Of a stretch of DNA of 64,000 bases, positions 47,779 through 62,036 are shown in pieces. Within the stretch, counting starts at the first letter, position 1; each line of letters opens with the position of its first letter. Made by a program: the position numbers and the translations under genes. The notes under the pieces are model-generated. The model was not told where the DNA came from and searched no databases. It saw only the letters and a list, made by a program, of their open reading frames with translations. The stretch is from Escherichia phage vB_EcoM-G28. Location of the stretch: sequence record NC_054916.1. One strand, written 5' to 3'.

Positions 47779-49761
47779 ATGGCAAATACCCCTGTAAATT
47801 ATCAATTAACAAGAACAGCAAATGCTATTCCCGAGATATTCGTCGGGGGTACGTTTGCTGAAATAAAACAAAACCTCATTGAATGGCTTAATGGCCAAAA
47901 TGAATTTTTGGATTATGATTTTGAAGGCTCAAGATTAAACGTTCTGTGCGACCTTTTAGCTTATAATACATTGTACATTCAGCAGTTTGGTAATGCTGCT
48001 GTGTATGAAAGCTTTATGCGTACTGCTAACTTACGAAGTTCAGTTGTTCAGGCTGCACAAGATAATGGATATTTACCTACTTCAAAATCCGCTGCACAGA
48101 CCGAAATTATGTTAACATGCACTGACGCATTGAATAGGAATTACATTACAATTCCTCGCGGAACTCGCTTTTTAGCATATGCAAAAGATACTTCTGTTAA
48201 TCCATATAACTTCGTTTCTACCGAAGACGTTATTGCTATTCGTGATAAAAATAACCAATATTTTCCGCGTTTAAAATTGGCCCAGGGACGTATAGTAAGA
48301 ACTGAAATCATTTATGATAAATTAACACCTATTATCATTTATGATAAAAATATTGATAGAAACCAGGTTAAATTATATGTTGATGGAGCGGAATGGATTA
48401 ACTGGACGAGAAAGTCAATGGTTCATGCTGGTTCAACATCAACGATTTATTATATGCGTGAAACTATTGATGGAAACACTGAATTCTATTTTGGTGAAGG
48501 TGAAATTTCTGTTAATGCTTCTGAAGGAGCTTTGACCGCTAATTATATCGGAGGTCTTAAACCTACTCAGAACTCTACGATTGTTATTGAGTACATCAGT
48601 ACTAATGGTGCTGACGCGAACGGAGCAGTCGGATTTTCATACGCAGATACATTAACAAATATAACTGTCATCAATATTAATGAAAATCCAAACGATGACC
48701 CAGATTTTGTTGGGGCAGATGGCGGCGGTGATCCAGAAGATATTGAGCGTATTCGCGAATTGGGTACTATTAAACGCGAAACCCAACAACGATGCGTAAC
48801 TGCGACTGACTACGATACATTCGTTTCAGAGAGATTTGGTTCTATTATTCAAGCTGTTCAGACTTTCACTGATTCTACTAAACCTGGGTATGCATTTATT
48901 GCTGCTAAACCTAAATCAGGATTGTATTTAACTACTGTGCAACGTGAAGATATTAAAAATTATCTCAAAGACTATAATTTAGCTCCTATTACGCCATCAA
49001 TTATTTCTCCTAATTATCTTTTTATTAAGACTAATTTAAAAGTCACATATGCTTTAAATAAACTGCAAGAATCCGAGCAGTGGCTTGAAGGTCAAATAAT
49101 TGATAAAATTGATCGCTATTATACCGAAGATGTAGAAATTTTTAACTCGTCTTTTGCCAAGTCTAAGATGTTGACATATGTAGATGATGCAGATCATTCT
49201 ATCATTGGTTCATCAGCGACAATTCAAATTGTTCGTGAAGTACAAAACTTCTATAAAACGCCTGAAGCAGGTATTAAATACAATAATCAAATAAAAGATC
49301 GTTCTATGGAATCTAATACGTTTTCATTTAATTCTGGACGAAAGGTTGTAAATCCTGATACTGGTTTAGAAGAAGATGTATTATACGATGTTCGTATAGT
49401 ATCAACAGACCGAGATTCTAAAGGAATTGGTAAAGTTATTATTGGTCCATTTGCTTCTGGCGATGTTACAGAAAATGAAAACATTCAGCCGTATACAGGC
49501 AACGATTTTAACAAATTAGCAAATTCTGATGGACGCGACAAATACTATGTTATTGGTGAAATAAATTATCCAGCTGACATGATTTATTGGAATATCGCTA
49601 AAATTAATTTAACATCTGAAAAATTTGAAGTTCAGACTATTGAATTATATTCTGACCCAACCGATGATGTTATCTTTACTCGCGATGGTTCACTGATTGT
49701 ATTTGAAAATGACTTACGTCCACAATACTTAACTATCGATTTGGAGCCTATATCACAATGA
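47779..49761 (+). CDS. 6: Baseplate wedge protein gp6
   Basis: 660 aa; size and order as T4. Confidence 0.9.
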   Translation: MANTPVNYQLTRTANAIPEIFVGGTFAEIKQNLIEWLNGQNEFLDYDFEGSRLNVLCDLLAYNTLYIQQFGNAAVYESFMRTANLRSSVVQAAQDNGYLPTSKSAAQTEIMLTCTDALNRNYITIPRGTRFLAYAKDTSVNPYNFVSTEDVIAIRDKNNQYFPRLKLAQGRIVRTEIIYDKLTPIIIYDKNIDRNQVKLYVDGAEWINWTRKSMVHAGSTSTIYYMRETIDGNTEFYFGEGEISVNASEGALTANYIGGLKPTQNSTIVIEYISTNGADANGAVGFSYADTLTNITVININENPNDDPDFVGADGGGDPEDIERIRELGTIKRETQQRCVTATDYDTFVSERFGSIIQAVQTFTDSTKPGYAFIAAKPKSGLYLTTVQREDIKNYLKDYNLAPITPSIISPNYLFIKTNLKVTYALNKLQESEQWLEGQIIDKIDRYYTEDVEIFNSSFAKSKMLTYVDDADHSIIGSSATIQIVREVQNFYKTPEAGIKYNNQIKDRSMESNTFSFNSGRKVVNPDTGLEEDVLYDVRIVSTDRDSKGIGKVIIGPFASGDVTENENIQPYTGNDFNKLANSDGRDKYYVIGEINYPADMIYWNIAKINLTSEKFEVQTIELYSDPTDDVIFTRDGSLIVFENDLRPQYLTIDLEPISQ

Positions 49762-52700
49762 CAGTAAAAGCACCTTCAGTCACTAGTCTCAGAATTTCCA
49801 AGTTATCCGCAAATCAGGTGCAAGTACGCTGGGATGACGTTGGTGCTAATTTCTACTATTTTGTAGAAATCGCTGAGACAAAAACAGACTCGGGGGAAAA
49901 TCTCCCGAGTAATCAATACCGATGGATTAATTTAGGATATACAGCAAATAATAGTTTCTTTTTTGATGATGCTGATCCACTAACATCATACATCATTAGA
50001 GTAGCTACGGCGGCGCAAGATTTTGAGCAATCTGATTGGGTTTATACAGAAGAGTTTGAAACTTTTGCTACGAATGCTTATACATTTCAAAACATGATTG
50101 AAATGCAATTAGCCAATAAATTCATTCAGGAAAAATTTACTCTTAATAATTCTGATTATGTTAATTTTAATAATGATACTATAATGGCTGCATTGATGAA
50201 TGAATCGTTCCAATTCAGCCCATCATATGTTGATGTTTCATCAATCAGTAATTTTATTATTGGTGAAAATGAATATCATGAAATACAAGGTTCCATTCAG
50301 CAAGTATGTAAGGATATTAACCGAGTTTATTTGATGGAATCAGAAGGGATTCTATATCTTTTTGAGCGCTATCAACCCGTAGTTAAAGTATCTAATGATA
50401 AAGGACAAACCTGGAAAGCTGTAAAGCTCTTCAATGACCGTGTAGGATATCCTTTATCTAAGACAGTATATTACCAATCTGCAAACACGACATACGTTCT
50501 AGGATACGACAAGATTTTCTACGGCCGCAAATCTACTGATGTTAGATGGTCAGCTGATGATGTCAGATTTAGTTCACAGGATATAACATTTGCTAAATTA
50601 GGAGACCAACTTCATTTAGGATTTGATGTAGAAATTTTTGCCACTTACGCGACTTTGCCAGCTAATGTATACCGCATTGCAGAAGCTATTACTTGCACCG
50701 ATGATTACATTTACGTTGTCGCCAGAGACAAAGTTAGATACATAAAAACGAGTAATGCACCTATAGATTCTGATCCATTATCTCCAACATATTCGGAAAG
50801 ACTTTTTGAACCTGATACAATGACTATAACTGGAAATCCTAAAGCAGTATGCTATAAAATGGATTCTATCGGTGATAAAGTTTTTGCTCTTATTATTGGA
50901 GAAGTTGAAACATTAAATGCCAATCCGAGAACATCAAAAATAATTGATTCTGTTGATAAAGGAATATATGTTTTAAATCATGATGAAAAAACATGGAAAA
51001 GAGTTTTCGGTAATACCGAAGAAGAAAGAAGACGTATTCAACCCGGATATGCGAATATGTCAACTGACGGTAAATTAGTTTCTCTGTCTTCGAGTAATTT
51101 TAAATTTTTAAGTGATAATGTTGTTAATGACCCTGAAACTGCAGCAAAATATCAGTTAATTGGCGCTGTTAAATATGAATTTCCTCGTGAATGGTTAGCT
51201 GATAAGCATTATCATATGATGGCATTTATAGCGGATGAAACATCTGATTGGGAGACTTTTACTCCTCAACCAATGAAATACTACGCAGAACCGTTCTTTA
51301 ACTGGTCTAAAAAATCTAACACACGTTGTTGGATAAACAACTCTGATAGAGCTGTAGTAGTTTATGCTGATTTAAAATACACTAAAGTTATAGAAAATAT
51401 TCCGGAAACATCACCAGATAGATTAGTTCATGAATACTGGGATGATGGTGATTGCACTATAGTAATGCCAAATGTTAAATTCACTGGATTTAAAAAATAT
51501 GCGTCTGGGATGCTTTTCTATAAAGCCTCCGGTGAAATAATTTCTTACTATGATTTTAACTATCGTGTGAGAGATACAGTAGAAATTATTTGGAAGCCAA
51601 CTGAAGTATTTTTAAAAGCATTTTTACAAAACCAAGAGCACGAGACTCCTTGGTCACCAGAAGAAGAGCGTGGATTAGCTGACCCCGATTTAAGACCATT
51701 AATTGGCACAATGATGCCTGATTCTTATTTGTTACAGGATTCGAATTTTGAAGCATTTTGCGAAGCATATATTCAATATCTTTCTGACGGATACGGAACT
51801 CAGTATAACAATTTACGAAATTTAATTCGTAACCAATATCCACGAGAAGAGCATGCATGGGAATATTTGTGGTCAGAGATATATAAAAGAAACATTTATT
51901 TAAATGCTGATAAACGTGATGCTGTTGCGAGATTCTTTGAATCGCGTAGCTATGATTTTTATTCTACTAAAGGAATTGAAGCATCATACAAGTTTCTTTT
52001 TAAAGTTCTTTATAATGAAGAAGTTGAAATTGAAATTGAATCTGGGGCTGGTACTGAATATGATATAATCGTTCAATCTGATTCTTTGACTGAAGATTTA
52101 GTAGGACAAACGATTTATACGGCAACAGGAAGATGTAATGTTACTTATATAGAAAGAAGCTATTCTAATGGTAAATTGCAATGGACCGTAACTATTCATA
52201 ATCTTTTGGGACGATTAATTGCTGGTCAAGAAGTTAAAGCAGAAAGACTCCCTAGTTTTGAAGGCGAAATTATTCGTGGAGTTAAAGGAAAGGATTTGCT
52301 TCAAAACAATATAGACTATATTAATAGAAGTAGATCATACTATGTAATGAAAATTAAATCCAATTTACCTTCTTCCCGTTGGAAATCTGACGTTATTCGT
52401 TTTGTTCATCCAGTAGGATTTGGATTTATAGCAATTACCCTTTTAACGATGTTTATTAATGTTGGTTTAACTCTTAAACATACAGAGACTATAATTAATA
52501 AATACAAAAACTATAAATGGGATTCTGGATTGCCTACTGAATATGCTGATAGAGTAGCTAAATTAACTCCAACCGGTGAAATTGAACATGATTCAGTAAC
52601 AGGCGAAGCAATTTATGAGCCTGGCCCAATGGCTGGTGTAGAATATCCTCTTCCTGATGACTATAATGCTGAAAATAATAATTCAATATTTCAAGGTCAA

Positions 52701-52856
52701 TTGCCGTCTGAACGACGTAAATTAATGAGTCCTTTATTTGATGCATCTGGAACAACATTTGCGCAATTTAGAGATTTAGTTAATAAACGTCTAAAAGATA
52801 ATATAGGAAATCCAAGAGACCCTGAAAATCCAACACAGGTTAAAATAGATGAATGA
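49758..52856 (+). CDS. 7: Baseplate wedge protein gp7
   Basis: 1032 aa; size and order as T4. Confidence 0.9.
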   Translation: MTVKAPSVTSLRISKLSANQVQVRWDDVGANFYYFVEIAETKTDSGENLPSNQYRWINLGYTANNSFFFDDADPLTSYIIRVATAAQDFEQSDWVYTEEFETFATNAYTFQNMIEMQLANKFIQEKFTLNNSDYVNFNNDTIMAALMNESFQFSPSYVDVSSISNFIIGENEYHEIQGSIQQVCKDINRVYLMESEGILYLFERYQPVVKVSNDKGQTWKAVKLFNDRVGYPLSKTVYYQSANTTYVLGYDKIFYGRKSTDVRWSADDVRFSSQDITFAKLGDQLHLGFDVEIFATYATLPANVYRIAEAITCTDDYIYVVARDKVRYIKTSNAPIDSDPLSPTYSERLFEPDTMTITGNPKAVCYKMDSIGDKVFALIIGEVETLNANPRTSKIIDSVDKGIYVLNHDEKTWKRVFGNTEEERRRIQPGYANMSTDGKLVSLSSSNFKFLSDNVVNDPETAAKYQLIGAVKYEFPREWLADKHYHMMAFIADETSDWETFTPQPMKYYAEPFFNWSKKSNTRCWINNSDRAVVVYADLKYTKVIENIPETSPDRLVHEYWDDGDCTIVMPNVKFTGFKKYASGMLFYKASGEIISYYDFNYRVRDTVEIIWKPTEVFLKAFLQNQEHETPWSPEEERGLADPDLRPLIGTMMPDSYLLQDSNFEAFCEAYIQYLSDGYGTQYNNLRNLIRNQYPREEHAWEYLWSEIYKRNIYLNADKRDAVARFFESRSYDFYSTKGIEASYKFLFKVLYNEEVEIEIESGAGTEYDIIVQSDSLTEDLVGQTIYTATGRCNVTYIERSYSNGKLQWTVTIHNLLGRLIAGQEVKAERLPSFEGEIIRGVKGKDLLQNNIDYINRSRSYYVMKIKSNLPSSRWKSDVIRFVHPVGFGFIAITLLTMFINVGLTLKHTETIINKYKNYKWDSGLPTEYADRVAKLTPTGEIEHDSVTGEAIYEPGPMAGVEYPLPDDYNAENNNSIFQGQLPSERRKLMSPLFDASGTTFAQFRDLVNKRLKDNIGNPRDPENPTQVKIDE

Positions 52857-53853
52857 TTCAAGTGTTATCTATCGTGCGATAGTTACTTCAAAATTTAGAA
52901 CAGAAAAAATGTTGAATTTTTATAATTCAATTGGAAGTGGTCCGGATAAAAACACTATCTTTATCACATTTGGAAGATCAGAACCGTGGTCATCAAATGA
53001 AAATGAGGTGGGCTTTGCCCCACCTTATCCAACCGATTCTGTATTAGGCGTAACTGACATGTGGACGCATATGATGGGAACAGTAAAGGTTCTTCCATCA
53101 ATGCTTGATGCAGTTATTCCTCGTCGAGATTGGGGAGATACTAGATATCCGGATCCGTATACATTTAGAATTAACGATATTGTAGTGTGTAACTCAGCTC
53201 CTTACAATGCTACTGAATCAGGCGCAGGCTGGTTAGTATATCGTTGTTTAGATGTTCCTGATACTGGAATGTGTTCAATAACATCTTTAACTGATAAGGA
53301 TGAATGCCTCAAATTAGGTGGAAAATGGACACCTTCTGTTAGGTCAATGACTCCTCCTGAAGGCCGAGGAGATGCTGAAGGAACAATTGAACCTGGAGAC
53401 GGATATGTTTGGGAATATCTATTTGAGATTCCGCCTGATGTATCTATAAATAGATGCACGAATGAATATATCGTGGTTCCTTGGCCTGAGGAATTAAAAG
53501 AAGACCCGACTAGATGGGGGTATGAAGATAATCTCACTTGGCAACAAGATGATTTTGGATTAATTTACCGTGTTAAGGCAAATACTATCCGTTTTAAAGC
53601 ATATTTAGATTCAGTTTATTTTCCTGAAGCTGCATTGCCGGGAAATAAAGGATTTAGACAAATATCAATAATTACGAATCCTCTTGAAGCTAAAGCTCAT
53701 CCAAATGACCCAAACGTTAAAGCTGAAAAGGATTATTATGACCCAGAAGATTTAATGAGGCATTCGGGTGAAATGATTTATATGGAAAATAGGCCACCTA
53801 TTATTATGGCAATGGATCAAACAGAAGAAATCAATATTCTGTTTACATTTTAA
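52849..53853 (+). CDS. 8: Baseplate wedge protein gp8
   Basis: 334 aa; size and order as T4. Confidence 0.9.
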   Translation: MNDSSVIYRAIVTSKFRTEKMLNFYNSIGSGPDKNTIFITFGRSEPWSSNENEVGFAPPYPTDSVLGVTDMWTHMMGTVKVLPSMLDAVIPRRDWGDTRYPDPYTFRINDIVVCNSAPYNATESGAGWLVYRCLDVPDTGMCSITSLTDKDECLKLGGKWTPSVRSMTPPEGRGDAEGTIEPGDGYVWEYLFEIPPDVSINRCTNEYIVVPWPEELKEDPTRWGYEDNLTWQQDDFGLIYRVKANTIRFKAYLDSVYFPEAALPGNKGFRQISIITNPLEAKAHPNDPNVKAEKDYYDPEDLMRHSGEMIYMENRPPIIMAMDQTEEINILFTF

Positions 53854-53858
53854 ATTAA

Positions 53859-53881
53859 GGGAGCCCATGGGCTCCCTTTTT
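53859..53881 (+). terminator. Rho-independent terminator after gene 8 (GGGAGCCC-AT-GGGCTCCC then TTTTT)
   Basis: Perfect hairpin followed by T-run on the plus strand. Confidence 0.65.
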
Positions 53882-53884
53882 CTT

Positions 53885-53892
53885 TATAAATA
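53885..53892 (+). promoter_or_regulatory. Late promoter TATAAATA for gene 9
   Basis: Exact octamer 25 nt upstream of the gene 9 ATG. Confidence 0.6.
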
Positions 53893-53916
53893 CTATAAAC
53901 TCATAAGGAAACCGCT

Positions 53917-54783
53917 ATGTTCATTCAAGAACCAAAGAAATTGATTGATACCGGCGAAATTGGTAACGCTTCTACTGGTGATATCTTATTCGACGGTGGT
54001 AATAAAATTAATAGTGATTTTAACGCAATTTATAATGCGTTTGGCGATCAGCGTAAAATGGCAGTAGCAAATGGCACTGGAGCTGATGGTCAAATTATCC
54101 ATGCTACTGGATATTATCAAAAACACTCTATTGCTGAGTATGCAACTCCAGTAAAAGTTGGCACTAGACATGATATTGATACCTCTACTGTAGGTGTTAA
54201 AGTTATCATTGAAAGAGGAGAACTTGGCGATTGTGTTGAATTCATTAATTCTAATGGATCAATATCAGTTACTAATCCTTTAACGATTCAGGCTATTGAT
54301 TCAATTAAAGGTGTTTCAGGTAATTTGGTAGTAACTACTCCATATAGTAAAGTTACTTTACGCTGTATTTCATCTGATAATTCTACGTCGGTTTGGAATT
54401 ATTCTATTGAAAGCATGTTTGGTCAAAAGGAATCACCAGTTGAAGGTACGTGGAATATTTCTACATCTGGATCAGTTGACATTCCATTGTTTCATCGCAC
54501 TGAATATAACATGGTTAAATTGTTAGTTACATGCCAGTCAGCAGATGGAAGAAAAATTAAAACAGCAGAAATAAATATTCTTGTGGATATTGTTAATTCA
54601 GAGGTCATTTCTTCTGAATATGCTGTCATGCGAGTTGGGAATGAAACCGAAGAAGACGAAATCGCTAATATTGCATTTAGTATTAAAGAAAATTATGTAA
54701 CGGCGACTATAAGTTCTTCAACTGTCGGTATGAGAGCAGCAGTTAAAGTTATCGCTACGCAGAAAATCGGGGTGGCTCAATAA
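53917..54783 (+). CDS. 9: Baseplate protein gp9 (long tail fibre socket)
   Basis: 288 aa; size and order as T4. Confidence 0.9.
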   Translation: MFIQEPKKLIDTGEIGNASTGDILFDGGNKINSDFNAIYNAFGDQRKMAVANGTGADGQIIHATGYYQKHSIAEYATPVKVGTRHDIDTSTVGVKVIIERGELGDCVEFINSNGSISVTNPLTIQAIDSIKGVSGNLVVTTPYSKVTLRCISSDNSTSVWNYSIESMFGQKESPVEGTWNISTSGSVDIPLFHRTEYNMVKLLVTCQSADGRKIKTAEINILVDIVNSEVISSEYAVMRVGNETEEDEIANIAFSIKENYVTATISSSTVGMRAAVKVIATQKIGVAQ

Positions 54784-56588
54784 TGAAACAAAATATTAAT
54801 ATCGGTAATGTTGTAGATGATGGTACCGGTGACTACCTGCGTAAAGGTGGTATAAAAATAAATGAAAACTTTGATGAGCTTTATTACGAGCTTGGTGACG
54901 GTGATGTTCCATATTCAGCTGGTGCCTGGAAAACTTATAATGCTTCATCAGGACAAACATTAGCAGCAGAATGGGGAAAATCATATGCCATTAACACTTC
55001 ATCTGGAAGAGTAACTCTACAACTTCCTAAAGGAACAGTTAATGATTATAATAAAGTAATTAAAGCTAGGGATGTATTTGCAACATGGAATGTTAATCCA
55101 GTTACTCTAGTAGCCGCTTCTGGTGATACTATTAAAGGATCATCGTCATCGGTTGAAATTAACGTTCAATTTAGTGATTTAGAGCTAGTTTATTGCGCTC
55201 CGGGTCGTTGGGAATATGTCAAAAATAAACAAATTGACAAAATTATTAGTTCAGACATTAGCAATGTAGCTCGTAAAGAATTTTTAGTCGAAGTTCAAGG
55301 ACAAACAGACTTTTTAGATATTTTCCGTGGAACTAGTTATAATGTTAATAACATCAGAGTAAAACACCGCGGTAACGAATTGTATTACGGCGATGTTTTT
55401 AGCGAAAACAGTGACTTTGGCTCTCCAGGGGAAAATGAAGGAGAATTGGTTCCTCTTGATGGATTTAATATTAGATTAAGACAGCCTTGTAATATTGGTG
55501 ACACTGTTCAAATTGAAACATTTATGGATGGTGTATCGCAGTGGAGAAGTTCATACACAAGACGTCAAATAAAAGTATTAGATTCAAAATTAACATCAAA
55601 AACTTCTTTGGAAGGAAGTATTTACGTTACTGATTTATCGACAATGAAATCAATTCCATTCTCCGCATTTGGATTAATTCCAGGAGAACCTATTAATCCT
55701 AATTCTCTTGAAGTTCGTTTTAATGGAATTTTACAACAACAAGCTGGAACAGCCGGATATCCTCTGTTTTTATGTGAAGGCGCTAATTCAGATACACAAG
55801 AAGGATGTATATCTCTTGGTGGTGAATGGAAAGAATCAAACACAGATTATTCTATAGAATATGAAGATGGAAAACCGATCAGTCTTTTATTTGATAGAAA
55901 ATTTGAATCAGGTGATATAATCGTTATAACATGGTTCAATAATGATTTAGGAACTCTTTTGGAAAAAGATGACATCATTGAATTAACTGATGAACGCTAT
56001 GTTAGCAAAGGATCATCTACTGAAGTTACTGGTGATGTAGCCTTAACTGATTTTGATAAAATCGGTTGGCCAAATGTTGAAAAAGTTGATTCTTATACTA
56101 GAACATATAATTCAATATCATCTATTTTCGATAGCATTTATCCCATTGGTTCAATTTATGAAAATGCTATAAACCCAAATAATCCGGTGACTTATATGGG
56201 ATTTGGTTCATGGAAATTATTTGGTAAAGGACAAGTTTTAGTAGGATGGAATGATGATGTTACGGATCCAAACTTTGCATTAAATAACAATGATTTAGAT
56301 TCTAGCGGAAATCCTTCGCATACTGCCGGTGGAACAGTTGGAACAACATCAGTGACACTTGAGAACGCAAATCTTCCTGCGACTAAAACTGATGAAAAAG
56401 TTTTAATTGAAGATGAAAACGGATCAGTTATTATTGGAGGTTGCCAATATGACCCAGATGAAACTGGTCCTATATATACAAAATATCGTGAAGACTACGC
56501 AACAACAAACTCTTCACATACTCCTCCTGCTAATATTAGTAATATTCAACCGTCTATTACTGTATACCGTTGGATAAGGATTGCATAA
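54783..56588 (+). CDS. 10: Baseplate wedge protein gp10
   Basis: 601 aa; size and order as T4. Confidence 0.9.
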   Translation: MKQNINIGNVVDDGTGDYLRKGGIKINENFDELYYELGDGDVPYSAGAWKTYNASSGQTLAAEWGKSYAINTSSGRVTLQLPKGTVNDYNKVIKARDVFATWNVNPVTLVAASGDTIKGSSSSVEINVQFSDLELVYCAPGRWEYVKNKQIDKIISSDISNVARKEFLVEVQGQTDFLDIFRGTSYNVNNIRVKHRGNELYYGDVFSENSDFGSPGENEGELVPLDGFNIRLRQPCNIGDTVQIETFMDGVSQWRSSYTRRQIKVLDSKLTSKTSLEGSIYVTDLSTMKSIPFSAFGLIPGEPINPNSLEVRFNGILQQQAGTAGYPLFLCEGANSDTQEGCISLGGEWKESNTDYSIEYEDGKPISLLFDRKFESGDIIVITWFNNDLGTLLEKDDIIELTDERYVSKGSSTEVTGDVALTDFDKIGWPNVEKVDSYTRTYNSISSIFDSIYPIGSIYENAINPNNPVTYMGFGSWKLFGKGQVLVGWNDDVTDPNFALNNNDLDSSGNPSHTAGGTVGTTSVTLENANLPATKTDEKVLIEDENGSVIIGGCQYDPDETGPIYTKYREDYATTNSSHTPPANISNIQPSITVYRWIRIA

Positions 56589-57247
56589 TGAGTTTACTTA
56601 ATAATAAAGCGGGAGTTATTTCCCGCTTAGCAGATTTTCTTGGTTTTAGAACTAAGAAAAATGATATTTCGGTTATGAATAATCAGCCGGTAGGTGCTGT
56701 AACAATTTCACAAATAGCAAAAGGTTTTTATGACCCAAATGTAGAATCTGCTATCAATGATGTTAGAAATATGGCAGAGCAACAGGTTGGAGCTGTATTA
56801 GTTAATATAAGTGGCGTATCTCCTACTGGCGTGCAGCAAACAGACTATTGGTCATTTGAAGGAACTGTTACTGATACTTCAGCCAAACCGGGTGACCCAG
56901 TTATTGTTAATATGTTTGGCATTCCTGTTAAAGCTACTAATGGAATGACTTCAATCGAATTTACCAGTGCCGTTAGAACAGCTCTGCAGGAAATGGTTGC
57001 AAAATTTATTGCAATTGATTCATTTGAAGACCATCCTACCATAGGAAATAAAATACAAGTTAAGTATTTAGATAACCAAGAACATATCTTAGAACAATAC
57101 TCTGATAAAGGAATTACTTTCAAACAGGAAATAATTTCTCCTTCTAAACCTGGGTATGGAACTTGGCAATTATTAGGTGCGCAAACTGTTACGCTAGATA
57201 GTCACACCCAACCTACAGTATTTTATTATTTTGAGAGAATAGCATGA
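56588..57247 (+). CDS. 11: Baseplate wedge protein gp11
   Basis: 219 aa from the internal ATG overlapping the gp10 stop. Confidence 0.85.
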   Translation: MSLLNNKAGVISRLADFLGFRTKKNDISVMNNQPVGAVTISQIAKGFYDPNVESAINDVRNMAEQQVGAVLVNISGVSPTGVQQTDYWSFEGTVTDTSAKPGDPVIVNMFGIPVKATNGMTSIEFTSAVRTALQEMVAKFIAIDSFEDHPTIGNKIQVKYLDNQEHILEQYSDKGITFKQEIISPSKPGYGTWQLLGAQTVTLDSHTQPTVFYYFERIA

Positions 57248-58794
57248 GTAACAATACATATCAGCACGTATCAAATGAATCAAAATACGTTAAATTCGAT
57301 CCTGCAGGATCGAATTTTCCTGACACTGTCACGACAGTGCAGTCAGCATTATCAAAAATAAGTAATATCGGCGTAAATGGTATTCCTGATGCAACTATGG
57401 AAGTTAAAGGAATAGCAATGATTGCATCGGAGCAAGAGGTTTTGGATGGAACTAATAATTCTAAAATCGTTACACCAGCTACATTAGCAACAAGATTATT
57501 GTATCCAAATGCTACTGAAACTAAATATGGATTAACGCGCTATTCAACAAATGAAGAAACTTTAGAAGGCTCAGATAATAATTCATCAATAACGCCGCAA
57601 AAACTGAAATACCATACTGACGATGTATTCCAAAATAGGTATTCATCTGAATCATCAAATGGAGTTATTAAAATATCATCTACTCCTGCGGCTTTGGCTG
57701 GAGTAGATGATACTACGGCGATGACTCCGTTGAAAACCCAAAAACTCGCAATAAAATTAATTTCGCAAATAGCTCCTTCAGAAGACACAGCATCAGAATC
57801 TGTTAGAGGTGTAGTTCAGTTATCAACTGTCGCTCAAACTCGTCAAGGAACTCTCCGCGAAGGATATGCAATTTCTCCGTATACCTTTATGAATTCTGTT
57901 GCAACACAAGAATATAAGGGTGTTATACGTTTAGGAACACAATCAGAAATTAACAGTAATTTGGGAGATGTTGCAGTAACAGGTGAAACATTAAATGGTC
58001 GAGGAGCTACCGGTTCTATGCGTGGAGTAGTTAAATTAACGACGCAAGCCGGTATTGCCCCTGAAGGTGATAGTTCTGGAGCATTAGCATGGAACGCAGA
58101 TGTAATTAATACTCGTGGTGGACAAACTATTAATGGTTCTTTAAATTTAGACCATCTTACAGCAAATGGAATTTGGTCGCGCGGCGGAATGTGGAAAAAT
58201 GGCGATCAACCTGTTGCCACTGAAAGATATGCGTCCGAAAGGGTTCCAGTTGGAACTATTATGATGTTTGCTGGAGATTCAGCTCCTCCTGGTTGGATTA
58301 TGTGTCATGGTGGAACCGTGTCAGGAGATCAATATCCTGATTATAGAAACACAGTTGGAACGAGATTTGGTGGCGATTGGAATAATCCTGGCATTCCTGA
58401 TATGCGAGGTCTTTTCGTCAGAGGAGCTGGTACTGGTGGTCATATTTTAAATCAACGAGGGCAAGATGGTTACGGGAAGGATAGACTTGGTGTAGGATGT
58501 GACGGAATGCATGTTGGCGGTGTTCAAGCGCAACAGATGTCATACCATAAACATGCTGGTGGTTGGGGAGAATACCAAAGACATGAAGCTCCATTTGGCG
58601 CGTCCGTTTATCAAGGATATCTTGGAACTAGAAAATATGCCGACTGGGATAATGCTTCATACTTCACTAATGATGGATTTGAATTAGGTGGACCGAGAGA
58701 TGCCCTTGGTACACTTAATCGTGAAGGATTAATTGGTTATGAAACTAGACCATGGAATATATCATTAAACTATATTATTAAAATTCATTACTAA
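57244..58794 (+). CDS. 12: Short tail fibre protein gp12
   Basis: 516 aa; [13 protein letters not shown]... and C-terminal ...[12 protein letters not shown] match T4 gp12 as I recall it. Confidence 0.92.
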   Translation: MSNNTYQHVSNESKYVKFDPAGSNFPDTVTTVQSALSKISNIGVNGIPDATMEVKGIAMIASEQEVLDGTNNSKIVTPATLATRLLYPNATETKYGLTRYSTNEETLEGSDNNSSITPQKLKYHTDDVFQNRYSSESSNGVIKISSTPAALAGVDDTTAMTPLKTQKLAIKLISQIAPSEDTASESVRGVVQLSTVAQTRQGTLREGYAISPYTFMNSVATQEYKGVIRLGTQSEINSNLGDVAVTGETLNGRGATGSMRGVVKLTTQAGIAPEGDSSGALAWNADVINTRGGQTINGSLNLDHLTANGIWSRGGMWKNGDQPVATERYASERVPVGTIMMFAGDSAPPGWIMCHGGTVSGDQYPDYRNTVGTRFGGDWNNPGIPDMRGLFVRGAGTGGHILNQRGQDGYGKDRLGVGCDGMHVGGVQAQQMSYHKHAGGWGEYQRHEAPFGASVYQGYLGTRKYADWDNASYFTNDGFELGGPRDALGTLNREGLIGYETRPWNISLNYIIKIHY

Positions 58795-58803
58795 GGATTA
58801 CAA

Positions 58804-60261
58804 ATGATTGAATTAAAAGATTTACCTTTTGTTGATAGCGTTCCTGACGAAGGTCAGGAGCGTATTTCATGGATTAAAAATGGTGAAGAAATACTAGGAG
58901 CTAGTACTAAGTATGGAAACGATGGATCAATGAATAGACCAACTGTGTCCGTATTTAAAAATGTTGAGGTTCTTGATGAAAATATAGGAATTCTTAAAAC
59001 TGCCGTTGAAACATCACAGGAAGATATTAAAACAATTCAAGGCATTTTGGATGTATCTGGAGATATCGAAGCACTATCACAGATTAGCGTTAATAAAAAT
59101 GACATATCAAATTTAAAGACGCTTACGAATGAACATACTGATATATTAAATGGTACAAATGCCACTGTTGACCGCATTCTTTCTGATATAGGTCCATTTA
59201 ATGAACACGCAAATTCAGTTTATAGAACAGTTCGAAATGATTTGTTATGGATTAAAAGAGAATTAGGGCAATATGCTGGACAAGATATTAATGGTCTTCC
59301 TGTTGTAGGAAATAGCAGCACGGGTATGAAGCACCGTATCATTAATAATACAGATGCTATAACTTCCCAAGGAATACGTCTAAGTGATTTGGAAGAAAAA
59401 TTTATTGAATCTGATGTAGGTTCACTGACAATTGAAGTTGGAAATCTTAGACAAGAACTTGGACAAAGACCATCTTCATTTAGTGAAAGCATATATTCAC
59501 GTATGCATAATTTAGATCAATCGCAGATTAATCTTAGTTCCGAAATTAAATCTATCAAAACTTCTATTGGATATCCAGGAAATACTTCAATAATCACAGA
59601 TGTCAATGTCAATAGTCAAGAAATTTCAGCTTTAAATGATGAACTAAATAAAAGTGGCGGCGTTAAACAGCGATTAACTGTTATTGAAACATCGATTGGT
59701 TCAGATGATATTCCTTCTAGTATTAAAGGTCAAATTAAAGATAATACCACTTCTATTGAATCTTTAAATGGAATTGTAGGTGAAAACACTTCGTCCGGTT
59801 TAAGAGCTAACGTTTCATGGCTAAATCAGATAGTTGGAACTGATTCTAGCGGAGGTCAACCTTCTCCTCCGGGGTCTCTTTTAAATAGAGTTTCAACAGT
59901 TGAAACCTCTGTTAATAGACTTAACAATGATGTTCAAAACTTACAGGTTGAAATTGGTAATAACAATTCCGGAATTAAAGGGCAAGTTGTAACACTAAAT
60001 AAATTAGTAAATGGAACAAATCCGAATGGTTCAACTGTCGAAGAACGCGGATTGACTAATTCAATAAAAGCTAATGAGACTAACATTTCTTCAATTAATC
60101 AAGAGATTCGTAGTATTAAAGGTAATGTGTCCTCATTACAGAGGGATGTCCAGACTTTACAAGAAGCTGGTTATATTCCTGAAGCTCCAAAAGATGGTCA
60201 AGCTTACGTTCGTAAAGACGGCGAATGGGTATTGCTTTCTACCTTTTTATCACCAGCATAA
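58804..60261 (+). CDS. wac: Fibritin (whisker antigen control)
   Basis: 485 aa coiled coil ending in the foldon [27 protein letters not shown]. Confidence 0.95.
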   Translation: MIELKDLPFVDSVPDEGQERISWIKNGEEILGASTKYGNDGSMNRPTVSVFKNVEVLDENIGILKTAVETSQEDIKTIQGILDVSGDIEALSQISVNKNDISNLKTLTNEHTDILNGTNATVDRILSDIGPFNEHANSVYRTVRNDLLWIKRELGQYAGQDINGLPVVGNSSTGMKHRIINNTDAITSQGIRLSDLEEKFIESDVGSLTIEVGNLRQELGQRPSSFSESIYSRMHNLDQSQINLSSEIKSIKTSIGYPGNTSIITDVNVNSQEISALNDELNKSGGVKQRLTVIETSIGSDDIPSSIKGQIKDNTTSIESLNGIVGENTSSGLRANVSWLNQIVGTDSSGGQPSPPGSLLNRVSTVETSVNRLNNDVQNLQVEIGNNNSGIKGQVVTLNKLVNGTNPNGSTVEERGLTNSIKANETNISSINQEIRSIKGNVSSLQRDVQTLQEAGYIPEAPKDGQAYVRKDGEWVLLSTFLSPA

Positions 60262-60264
60262 CAT

Positions 60265-60279
60265 GGGGCCGCAAGGCCC
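60265..60279 (+). terminator. Stem-loop GGGCC-GCAA-GGCCC after wac
   Basis: Perfect inverted repeat with GCAA tetraloop; weak T-run. Confidence 0.4.
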
Positions 60280-60292
60280 TAAAGGATTTTAA

Positions 60293-61995
<1,703 letters not shown>

Positions 61996-62036
61996 TAAAT
62001 ATTATAAACTAATTAAAGCCCAGATTAGGAGAAATC

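Noticed and set aside
47486-57123. Minus-strand ORFs inside late structural genes (for example 47486-47704, 49287-49484, 53202-53537, 54796-54984, 56845-57123)
   Set aside because: They are antisense to long, well-supported baseplate genes with no promoter or ribosome-binding site
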